DNA of 64,000 nt from Eledone cirrhosa (taxonomy: Eukaryota), in NCBI GenBank assembly GCA_964016885.1, contig OZ024741.1, positions 142,662,001 to 142,726,000 of the forward strand, in the 5' to 3' direction. Below the pieces are notes generated by a model. The model ran no database searches. It was not told where the DNA came from and worked only from the letters and a program-made list of their open reading frames with translations. Below, piece after piece: positions 53,076-64,000 of this stretch (positions are counted from its first letter, which is position 1; every line of letters begins with the position of its first letter). Position numbers and translations under genes: made by a program.

Positions 53076-56000
53076 AAGACTTACCTTGCCCTCAAACCCC
53101 CTCACGACCCGGGTGGGTAGACAATGGCTGTAACATCCTTCTTTTCCCCACTTGCCGAACAAGATAGGGGAAACCCCAAGCATACATAGGTAGATGTAAT
53201 TCTTTTCTTTTTTTCCTTTTATCTCTTCTTCTTACTTCCTTCCATTCCCTCTCCTCTTCCTTTTCCTTTTTCCCCTTCTCCTTACCCTGAGGCAGCCCAT
53301 CGGGCTTTTGTAGCCTCAGTACCCCTACCCCCATAAATTCTATATAACATTGGCTGAAAACGCATTACCAGCTCAAAATATAGCAGCTGTTTTAGACTCT
53401 AGATTTTTTTTAAATGTTTTAATTTTTTGATTTTATAATTTACCATTCTCAGATTCCTGTATAATTCTATTTTCACCTGCTTTCTAGCTAGCCTAATTCA
53501 CACTCCTTACAATTTTGGAGCCCGGCACTGGATGACAGCACTATGAGGAACAGGCCATGTTGAATCCTTTTCACAGCAGTACCCCAATTTTGGAGCCGGG
53601 CACTCTCCACACAATGAACCCATCTCAGTATAAAAGCACATTTTGGGAGCCTGGGACTGGATGGCACCACTATGTGGAGGGACAGATATGTATATATATA
53701 TATATATATATTATCTATCTATATATAAATGTATGTATTACATGTGTATATATATATATACCTTATATACTTGAATATAAGACGAGAAATATGTGACAAA
53801 AAAAATAATCGATGGTAAACTGGGGGATTGACTTATATTCAAGGTCAATATTTTGCCGATTTTCACCAACTTCAAATTCTACATATATAAGGTGCTAAAA
53901 TATCTGGAGAGATTATTTTTACAATGAAACATTGTTTTTCTACATTTACATCATCATTGGTGTTATTTATACATTCCCTTGAAAATATTTCCAACATATT
54001 TTTATAATTTGAACATTTTAATACGCAGACACATATATGTTTTTCTCTGACAATACTTTTCTTTCAATCTTATGTAAGATTGAAATCTTAGTTCTGATTT
54101 TAATTTATTGCTCTCGCTCTCTCCCTTATAGCTCTTGTCCTCTCTTTTCTTGCTCTAACTCTCCTCTCTCTCCCTCTTCTACTCTATGAATCCCTATACA
54201 ATGTTCTCTTTTTATATATGTGTGTGTGTATATGTATATATATATATGTGTGTGTGTGTATATATATATGTGTATGTATATGGAAAAAAACTGGCTTCGG
54301 TAGCATCCAATGATGTTGACTAGTTCTCCTTTTCAGGTAGTGTTTTCGATACTCAGAGAGTGGGATTGGTCGAGTTTAAGGCCTTTCCCCACTTAAAAAA
54401 CCTTCAAAGCACAGGCATTGCTTGTTACAGGTTTGTGTGGCTGGCGGTAGCCTAAAAGTGCACCAAACTCTATAATCTGATAAGCGATTGCAATACTCTT
54501 AGCGCAGAGTTTGCAGCCATCATATATATGTATATGTGTATGTATATATATATATGTATGTGTGTATGTTTATATATGTATCTGTGTATATGTATATATG
54601 TGTATGTGTGTGTGTATATATATATATATGTGTATATTTTTCATACTATCTATTGTTTTTTAATGCATGCTTCCACACCTGTAAGCACATACTTATGTAT
54701 GACAAAGATTAGCCCACCTTTAGTCCTTAGTCTGAAAATATTTACCATACTCATTATTTTTTGTCTATTGTTGTTATATTATTATAATTACTATTGTGGA
54801 TTGGTGAGGCTATTTAACCCATAGTTGAGGTGGATATCTCATCTGTCTATCTTTATGCAATGTTCTGCCTCTAACCATCTTGTCTTTTTAAGGATATACT
54901 GGCTGTAGTATCTTTGTTCAGGGTCATTTTGACCATGAACATCCTGTCTTTTTAAGGGTGTATATTGAAGATTATAGGCAGTGAATTGGCTGAGTCATTA
55001 GAACATCAGATAGAATGCTTTATGATAATCGTTCCGGCTCTCAGCTCTCTGAGTTCAAATCCCGCCAAGGTCAACTATGCCTTTCATACTTTTGAGGTCG
55101 ATAAAAAAAAAGTACCAGTCTAGTACTGGGGTTGATTCTTCCTCTATGCCTCTTTCTCATTTCCTCTCTCTCTCGTTCTATCTTTCTCTGGAAGAAATCT
55201 GCTGTACTCAGACCAGGAGAGGGGTGGGCTCCGCCAGGCTTTAAATGCCCAAGAAATGCCGTTAGTTAATACAGCGCACCTCAGGAGTTATGGAACCATA
55301 CCATACCATATCGAAGATTACATTATTCATGTGATTTAGCTTCTAACAGGTACCATGACCATGCAGAGGCTCCATTTTCAAATTTCAGATTTATCATGGA
55401 TAAACAACAAACATTGTCAGTTAATTCCTTTCTGTAAAGTAAATATTTTCAGACTAAGGACTAAAGATGGGTTGATTGTTGTTATACATAAGTATGTGCT
55501 TACAGATGTGGACATGCATTAACAAAAACATAGAGTATGAAAAATATACACACATATATGTATGGTGGCTGCCAACTCGTTTTCGAGTACGGCCACTACT
55601 TTATATCTATGTAGGAGAACCCCTACCAATGCGCTGAATAAGTATGACTTTTTAGTCCAGCCAGCGACTTGAAAACTCTGGTACAAATACTACACTTGTG
55701 ACAATATTGGCACATAGTGCTGGGCCCATGGTACCATGTGACGACAAGTGCAGAGAGATCTCCAGATATAAAGTAATGCCTATGCCGTGAAGGGTTTATA
55801 GTGAGCAAAGGCACTGCACAAAGCCAGTCCCACTCTCTTAACCAAGATGATATTTACCAAAAAGAAGAACAAGTCAACATCATTGGATACCATCAGAGTT
55901 TTCCTTCTCCTAGAATTCTGCCTTGACAAAGGCTAAGGGGTCATCTCTCCCGGAGACATATACATACACACATGGCTAATATTAAGCTTTCGTTTACTTT

Positions 56001-56533
56001 TTCTATATTTACTAATAAGAATCATTAGATTGTCAGATAGAATGTTTTTCAGTATTCACTCTGGAACTCTGCACTCCCTGAATTCAAATCCCACCAAGGT
56101 TAATTTAGCCTTTCCTCCTTTCAAGGCTGATAAAAAAATATAAGCTCTATACAGGGTCAATTCAGCCTCTATATCTCTTTCTCACTTCTTCCCTAGACCT
56201 TAATCTCTCCGGAAGAAATCAGCCATGTTCAGACCTGAAGAGGAGATGGGGTCCACCAGGTTTTAAATTTCAAAGAAAGAGGAGTTGGAGTAAATAAAAT
56301 AAGAGCAGAAAGAAGGGAAGAACAAATAGTCACAGAATGTGTGACCAAAGAACTTCAACGAACTAACTAATAATAAAGTTGAAGTGAAAATCAAATAAAT
56401 AATGTATAGTTATAGATACACTGTTAGAGGAGGAAATGAATTGCCATGACTGGATTGCTTTCAACATAGATCAGCTCGATCAGAAATGGTTGGAGCTAAA
56501 CAAGAATACCACAAAAATTTGGATATGATTTAA

Positions 56534-56751
56534 CCCTTTAACATTTACATTACTCTATATTTACTATTATATTTTCACGGTAAACACTTTACCTCATATA
56601 ATTATCTCATAATATCAAAGCTATGAAATTTTGATATCATTTATTTTGAGAACAATACCTAAACATTTGTGTGAGTAGCAGGTTACAGCTGGTTCGAACA
56701 GAAAGAGGTGAGAGAATTCTGGCTGGATATGACAGTTTAAATGTTAAAGGG
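56534..56751. mobile_element. piggyBac-type MITE
   Basis: TTAA|CCCTTTAACATTTA ... TAAATGTTAAAGGG|TTAA: perfect 14-bp TIR and TTAA TSD. Confidence 0.9.
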
Positions 56752-58539
56752 TTAAACAGGTCTGGAGAGATACAGCCACTGAAAAATCCATGTTTTCATG
56801 TATGTACTTCAATTCTGAAAGAGTTGTGTGTTTAGTTCCTTGATCAAGCAATGTGTTGTGTTCTGGAGGAAGTCACTCATTGAGTGTCTGGATAAGATCC
56901 AAAGAAGAATCATCAACGTTATTGGTCCTGACTTGTCAACTTCAATCACTATCATGCTGGTGAAATGTTGCTTTTCTGTGCCCTTTTTTAATAAATATTT
57001 TCATAGGATGTGTTTTGATGAGTTTTCATCTTTCTTACCTCATCTTCAAGAGTTTAAATGGAGCACCAGATTGGCGGCTATACAATCGCAAATTCTATTC
57101 TGTTAGTTTTTTTCCTCACACATCTTGCCCTATGTTATTATCTTACAGCTTCTTGCCACTAAAATTTGCAAGGATTTAAAAGCAGACATAAAAACGATAA
57201 TATAATGTCCTTTTCCTTTCTCAGCAACCACTTGCATTTTAGTGGCTTTATTGCTTTGCTTAAGTTGAGAAAAAAAAAAAGAAAAGAAAATTGTTATTGC
57301 TCCAATCTAATCAGATGAGAAAAAATGACTACCAACAGTAACTGGAGGTTAACCTTGCAATAACTAGCATCACATCTACAGAGCTGGATTAACTGTGAAG
57401 CAAAATAACCACATGAAAAGACATCAAAGGAAGAGAGCACTATTTTATTCAAATTAAATGTATTTGTCATCCTACCTCCACCACATTGCAAACTTTATAT
57501 ATAGAGAGGCGCCTTAATCTTTTAAGTGTTTAGGGCCTTAAAAGGACTTAATCTGGCTCAGCCTGTCCATGTGGAAGTCACTTAATGCTTCATGAAATTG
57601 TGATTAGCTCCCACCTGTGAGAACTCTAAGCTCAAACCAAATGTTTACATGATTGCCGAATATACTTTTTTTTGTCTCTTATTTATTTATTCATTGTAAT
57701 AAAAAAAGGAAAAAGACTAAGAAGAAATGGCTGTTGTTATAATGAGAATGCCTTAAGACCCAAAAGTGATCTCAACCATCACTACCCCAATGATATGGAC
57801 CTGGACAGTGTTGGAGAGTGTTCTCTAGTGTGTGGAATCCCAGATGCATGCCACCTTGTGGTCCCAGCAGTCAGAATGGACAAAATGTTGCCCCGGGAGA
57901 CACATTGGAATAGCTGTTCCAACTCATGGGGCTCCATCCAGGTAGCAGTGAGTAGGGAGAAGGTCCAAGGACCTAAAACAACAGCATCCTCCACTGCTAC
58001 AGATTCGCTGATGAACCTACCGTAGAGTAGCTGTTACTTCGACAGCTTATGATCTTCAGCTTGATGGGCCACATGGCCTGGGTTGCTGCTGGAGATGACA
58101 TTGCATGTAGCATTCTAGACAAGAGGATTAATCATGGAATGGGAAGATACTGGTGGTAACGTAGTGTAGATGGAATCAGAGATATACTGGTGGTTAGTAA
58201 CCCTACCTCCAGTATATGGTAAAGTCATTGTAGTGTTTTTATTGTTGTTTAGCCCCAAGTCAGCAATATGATTAAAGCAGACATGATTAAAAGTGTTCCA
58301 GTCTATATAATTTACATAATCGGATGTATCCTTCCTGTATTATGGTTGCTATTTCTAGCAGAAGAAGAATCTATGTCTGATCAAAATAAGTCATGTTGTT
58401 TTGTCACAGGTCAATTCTAATCCAGCAGACCAATGAAGAAAGGCATTACAACTGTGGCCTTCACATCTGACAGAGTATTTAGAACCACACTATCCAGCTT
58501 GTCTTCCCCTTTTAAATACATATATAGTGTGCCAGAATG

Positions 58540-58880
58540 GTGAAGGCACATGGCTTAGTGGTTAGAGTGTCAGATTCACAATCGTGTATTTGAATTCCAG
58601 TCTGAGTGGTGTATTGTGTTCTTAAGCAAAACATTTTATTTTACATTGCTCCGGTTTACTCAGCTGAAGAAATGAGTTTTGACGTTACTGGTGCCAAGCT
58701 ATATTGGCCTTTGCCTTTCTCTTGGACAACATCAATGTGGAGAGGGGAGACCTGTATGCATGGACGACTACTACTCTTTCACAAAAACACCTTGGCCGCA
58801 TTTGTGTCTCGGAGGGGAACTTTCTGGATGCAAATTGCATGGTCATTCATGACTGAAGGTGGCCTTCATCCTTTGCCATA
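58540..58880 (+). mobile_element. tRNA-derived SINE (family B)
   Basis: GGCACATGGCTTAGTGGTTAGAGTG A-box head and GTGTTCTTAAGCAA..TTTATTTTACATTGCTCC body. Related copy at about 61130-61280. Confidence 0.7.
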
Positions 58881-58883
58881 CAC

Positions 58884-59053
<170 letters not shown>

Positions 59054-60529
59054 CACATATAGTGTATATATGAATTTTCATAAAATTGTAGGATTCTTAG
59101 TGCGATGGGTAGCTGTAAACATCTGAATACTGTATGTATAGTAAAATGTCGAGTTAAGATATAACCACATATTGGAGAGAGGGAGATAAAGAAAGAAATA
59201 GAGTTTAAAACATGAGATGAAAAATTGAGAAATCAGAAGGGTAGAGAGAGAGAGAGATTTCGCTACTATTTCTAGCACCACGCAGAGAATCCTTAGTTGA
59301 TCGAAAAAAATCATTTTGCATGATGTGTCTCTTTAAAACGACCCAATATTTCTCCACATGAGTGTGACATTTCTGTAACTGCGAGCGCTAGAATGGTGAT
59401 TCATTTGTTATCTCTGTTGATAGAAACTCGACGCACTCCATATTTTATATAGCGTTCAACTTGCTCAGAACAGTTAGCTATATTTATCTAGGGTACCCAA
59501 TTCAATCTAAGGGAAATCACCCCGTCTCACATACATGAAACCTTATCAATCGGTTTTGTTTTAACCTCATGTCAACCCTAGGATCAAGATGTTCAACACA
59601 TAACTATCCTAGAGTGTGATTTGTAAGCGAGAAAGGAGGAGAGGGAGAGAGATTTCGCAGCTATTTCTAGCAGTTCCAGTGACCACACTGAGGCTCCCGC
59701 GTTATTTGAAAAAGAAATTTTGCTTGGCATATCCTGTCAACTTCATTGCCTAACTGGTACTTGATTTGGTAAATTTATAGATTTACACACATCTCGCGTT
59801 CGATGGCAAATTCTTTTGCCTACGTTTTTCCGTGTTTCAACGAATCTGACCTCCCAACTTGACACATTTGGAGACCAGATTCTTGAAAACACTTGCAAAA
59901 GGCTAAGAAAAAATTATTGTAAAGAAAACTCCAAAGATGTTCCCCTTTCATATATATATATATATATATACACACAAACACACATAACGAGTTATTTTCG
60001 ACGAGTTTGGAGGTCAAATAAATCTATAAATTTACTCTTTATTTTCTTGACCCCGTAAAGGATGACAGTCAAAGTTGACTTTGGCAGGATTTGAACTCAG
60101 AACCTAAAGGGTCGTAAATAAATGCCACAAAGCATTTTGTACTACGCTTTAACGATTCTGTCAATCCACCGTGTTTTTTGAAAAAGACAATGTGATACTA
60201 AAGTTGCTCGATGCGCCGAACGGCGCGGAAGAAAGTAAGACTAAGACTACTGGAATATCGTTTAGGCAATTATGTTAATCTTAGACGTTCGTCATCAATT
60301 AATTATTTGCAATTATTATTATTAAAACTACAGGATTGTCTCATAACTAAGACAGATAAATAGCAATTCATTTTGGTATTACAGCTACAATTAAATACGT
60401 TTATATTTTCTAAGTACGATCTTTCAAAGATACGAAAATATTACACCCTTTTTTTCTTCTCCGAACGAATGTGACAGAGTGAAACATAGCCGCAATAATA
60501 TTTATAGGGGACTGATGTGTCGTTGTAAT

Positions 60530-60915
60530 AGCGCTCTTGATTGCATAGGTCTCATATGGTTTGTCTAGCCGCATGAATGCTGGTCATTTCGCTCACCACA
60601 TCGAGCTAAACCTAATCATTAAGCGGATCCTAGCTCGGGTAAATATCCCCTCAGTTCTGGAGCCGGCTGGATTATCCAGAATTGATGGGAAGAAACCTGC
60701 TGGCCTTATCCATTGTTCCCGAATAAGAAGTAGATGTCTCATCTGGGTCACCACAGTCAGTGACTCTTTTGCTCCCTCCTACATCATGGATGCTGCAATA
60801 AATGTGAGGGTCACTGCTTCCGTAGCCGAACGGAATAAAATTCTGAAGTATTGGCTTGCCTCAAAAAGTATTAAAGGGAGGTTCCGATGCCCTTTGTGGT
60901 GTGTAACAGATTGAC
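60530..60915 (+). mobile_element. Restriction-like endonuclease relic of a CRE-type non-LTR retrotransposon
   Basis: H.ELNLIIKRIL..VNIPSVLEPAGLSRIDGKKPAG..CLIWVTTVSDSFAPSY..AERNKILKY, matching the RH..EP.GL.R.DGKRPDG..WD.T..AE..K..KY pattern. Confidence 0.75.
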
Positions 60916-62569
60916 GCACTTGGTGTTGGAATTAGTTTTTTTTTTCTTCCGCTTTGATTGTATATTTATGTGTTGTATGTATAAGGAGGTCTCGTGAATT
61001 CTATTTTTATGTGAAACATCATGATTATAATATATCACTAATGAATTCCTGTTATAAATGCAAAAGAAATATTTATTATTTTTAAAGTTTTTAATTTAAA
61101 CATTCTAAGGGAGATCACCCCGTCTGACATTAGTGGTTATGATACTCAACTCACGATTGTAAAATTGTAAGTTCAATTCTTGAATCGGGCAGTGCGATGT
61201 GTCCTTGAGCAAGACACTTTATTTCACGTTGCTCCAGTCCACTCAGCTGGAAAAAAAAATGAGTTGCACCTGTAATTTAAATGAATCTCAACAAATCTAT
61301 AAATCGTTTTCATCGTTGATGGCTTGCCTTACTGATATATTTGGTGAAGCTCCCAATTGTGCTTGCTTATTCCAGCATCACCCGCGGCAGTGCTGGCACA
61401 TAACTTATTAAATGGAGACTCTAGCGTCCTTTTTATTACTCTATTTTTCCCCATTTATTATGCTTTCCTATTTTCTATTTATATTTTTAACACTACATAT
61501 ATCAGCATAATCTGGTGGAGTCATAGTGACGTACAGTGTGTTTTGGACATTTAAAACCTGATGGAGCCCATTCTCTCTCCGGGTCTGAGCACAGTCTATT
61601 TCTTCCAGGGTAGGATAAAGAGAGTGATAGAACGGAAATGAGAATAAGATATGCTTTTTATTGACTTCGCAAGGATAAAAGGCCAAGTTGACCATGGTGG
61701 GATTTGAACTCAGAACACCAAGAGCCAGAACAAACACTGCAAAATATCTTCTCAATAATTCTAACAACTTTACTAAGTCGTCGCCCCTGCATAACCTTAT
61801 GCTTATTAAATAATTCAAATACTTGTATATAATATATATTTCAAATTTTATTATCATCTATCTAACCCACCCAAATTGTTTTTATTTTTAACCTCATTAC
61901 AGCCTTATGATCAAGGCAAGTCATTAGTATGCTGTATTTTTTCAAACAATGAAGCTAGCCTTACATTATTTAATGAGTCCTTTTATTCAATACATAAATT
62001 GTGGGAGATTTGGCTGCTATTTCTATTATGCCAAGCAACTATGTAAAGGCTCCTCACAAGCATTTGCATTCTGTATACTTAAATGACAAGAAACTCAATG
62101 AATGGGTCTGAATTTTTTTACTTTTCAATGCAGAAGAATTTCAATATATATTGTTGTTACAATTCACACCTATGTAAGTTTAGCTGCCCTCCTATGAGAT
62201 GAGTGTTTAGGGATCCTAACCCCATAATGAAAAGGCTTGGACAGGATATCAATGGGATAACCACTCACTACCTGCTGTTGGTAGTCATTTTCTTTCAGTT
62301 AAATAAGTTGCAGCAACGTGAAATGAAGTATCTTGCTCAAGGGCACAATGTGTTGCCCAATCCCATGGCCTTATGTGAGTCCAACACTCTCGTCATCATG
62401 CCTTCACACACATTGAATTGCAAAGTAAGCTGAACAAGAGCATTAGCAAATCCACTAGAGGGTAGGACTGCCTTGCAGTAAGTTTGAGTTTACTGTCAAG
62501 ATCAACATTACTTTTCATCCTTTTGGAGTTGATAAAACAAAGTACCAGTCCAAAATGGTGAATTACTTG

Positions 62570-63212
62570 GAAAATTAAGGGTCCTTACTTCTGCCACATA
62601 GTCTACTTTCTCTGTTAATCTGCCTTGTAGTCCCACTACATTGATTGCACTGTGTACTCCAGAATTTTTGCCCACCTCTTTTTAATGTACTGAGCAAGGT
62701 ATCAGGGTCCTGTTCATTTCTATTTATTAAGACTTTAGTCTTTAAGTTTACTTTTAGGCCTTTCAATTTTAGGATTTTTCTTCCATGCTTGGAATTCAGA
62801 TTCTAACTCTTCTACAGATTCAGCTATGACGAAGTCACCAGCATACAGGAGTTCACATGGGCAGGCAGTTTTAAAGTCCTGTTATGACCTGAAGAACAAT
62901 GATAAACAGAAGAGGACCCTCACCTGCACTTCAAATTTGTCAGTGCTCATTGCCAACTCTCACCTTGTTTACTGCACCTCTACACATGGCTTGCACAGCC
63001 CTCATGAACCATAAGCCTAGTTTTCACCAGATTACAGAATAGGGAACACTGTCAAAGGCCTTCTCAAGATCTACAAACGCCAGGTACTAAATCTTTCTCT
63101 TAGCTAAGTACCTCTCCTGCAGTTGTTTTACAAGGAAGAGGGAATCAGTACTACTTTTGCCTAGCAGAAGACCGAGCTGCATCTCATCTAGTTTGTCCCT
63201 AATTTGTTGCGC
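62570..63212 (-). mobile_element. Degenerate RTE-like LINE RT fragment (PHD-insert family)
   Basis: LDEMQLG, AFVDLEKAFD, LLYAGD, KGLKVNLKTKVL. Confidence 0.8.
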
Positions 63213-63214
63213 TT

Positions 63215-64000
63215 TCAATATCTTTCACCATATGAGATGTCAACTGGTGAACCACAGGGATCTGTTCTTGGCCCCCTTTTGTTTGTGGCATATATTAATG
63301 ACATAGATGCCAACTTAAAGAATGCCACAGTACTGAAATACACAGATGACATCAAGCTGTACGTCGAGATAAAAAGGACAGATCCTGAACACGATAGATC
63401 TTGCTTGCAGTCTGACCTGGACACAATGCAACAGTGGATCACAGACTGGCAACTCAAGCTAGCTGTGGACAAGTGCACCACATGCATTTTGGGAGTAAAA
63501 CCCAGCGTCCACAGCACTAATATCAAGAAGTCTTCTTGTGAACGTGACCTGGGCATTACGGTCAGCAGCGATTTGCGTTGGACGAAGCACGTCTCTAAAA
63601 TTATCAAGAGGGCCAAGGGTGTCTTAGCATCACTCAGCCGCTCTCCAGCTATCTATTTAAGGCTGTACATGTCTATGGAGCGGCCACACTTAGAATTTGC
63701 ATCACCAGTCTGGAACCACTATCTTGCTCAGAACATTAACCGCCTGGAAACTGTTCAGAGACGTGCAACCAAGCGAATCAGGCATCTACCATACTCTGAA
63801 CGCCTTGCTTCTCTGGGCATGGATACATTGAAGCTCCGACGCCTGGCAACTGACTTGGTAAACACCCACAAAATTATTAATCATCTTGCCAACAACCTTG
63901 AGTACCTTTTTGATTTCCATGTGTCTAACACACGTGGGCATGACAACAAAGTCCGAAAACAGCACAGTTCCCATGACTTTCCGAAACATTTGTTCACGCT
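63215..64000 (+). mobile_element. CR1-like LINE RT C-terminal part (runs off the window)
   Basis: GEPQGSVLGPLLFVAYIND, KYTDDIKL, LQSDLD, RDLGI, RPHLEFASPVW, LETVQRRATK. Confidence 0.92.

Noticed and set aside
59750-60500. Second promoter or first exon (TCTCGCG, GCGGAAG, GTAAGA)
   Set aside because: Only short motifs, interrupted by a SINE, with no linked coding exon visible.

Overview
AT-rich, repeat-dense eukaryotic genomic DNA. The huge (TA)n/(CA)n tracts and the SINE/LINE repertoire suggest a cephalopod such as Octopus (inference only). There is one convincing host gene: an uninterrupted 2047-codon ORF (35223-41366, +) with the C2H2 zinc finger / low-complexity / WD40 / zinc finger layout of ZNF106. 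Nearly everything else is transposon debris: RTE, CR1 and CRE-type LINEs, tRNA-derived SINEs, a Gypsy pol fragment, Helitrons, mariner and Tigger relics, a piggyBac MITE and Penelope-like pieces. The most notable structures are: (i) two oppositely oriented copies of a non-autonomous hAT element with 14-bp TIRs and 8-bp TSDs that share a frame but carry different cargo; (ii) several hammerhead-ribozyme motifs in fold-back Penelope-like repeats, two of them in sense orientation near the ZNF106-like gene; (iii) an RTE LINE family repeatedly embedded in (TA)n arrays; (iv) an RTE with twin-priming-like inversion geometry. Most short ORFs in the ORF track are microsatellite artefacts. Coordinates were read by eye, and the edges of degenerate repeats are approximate.
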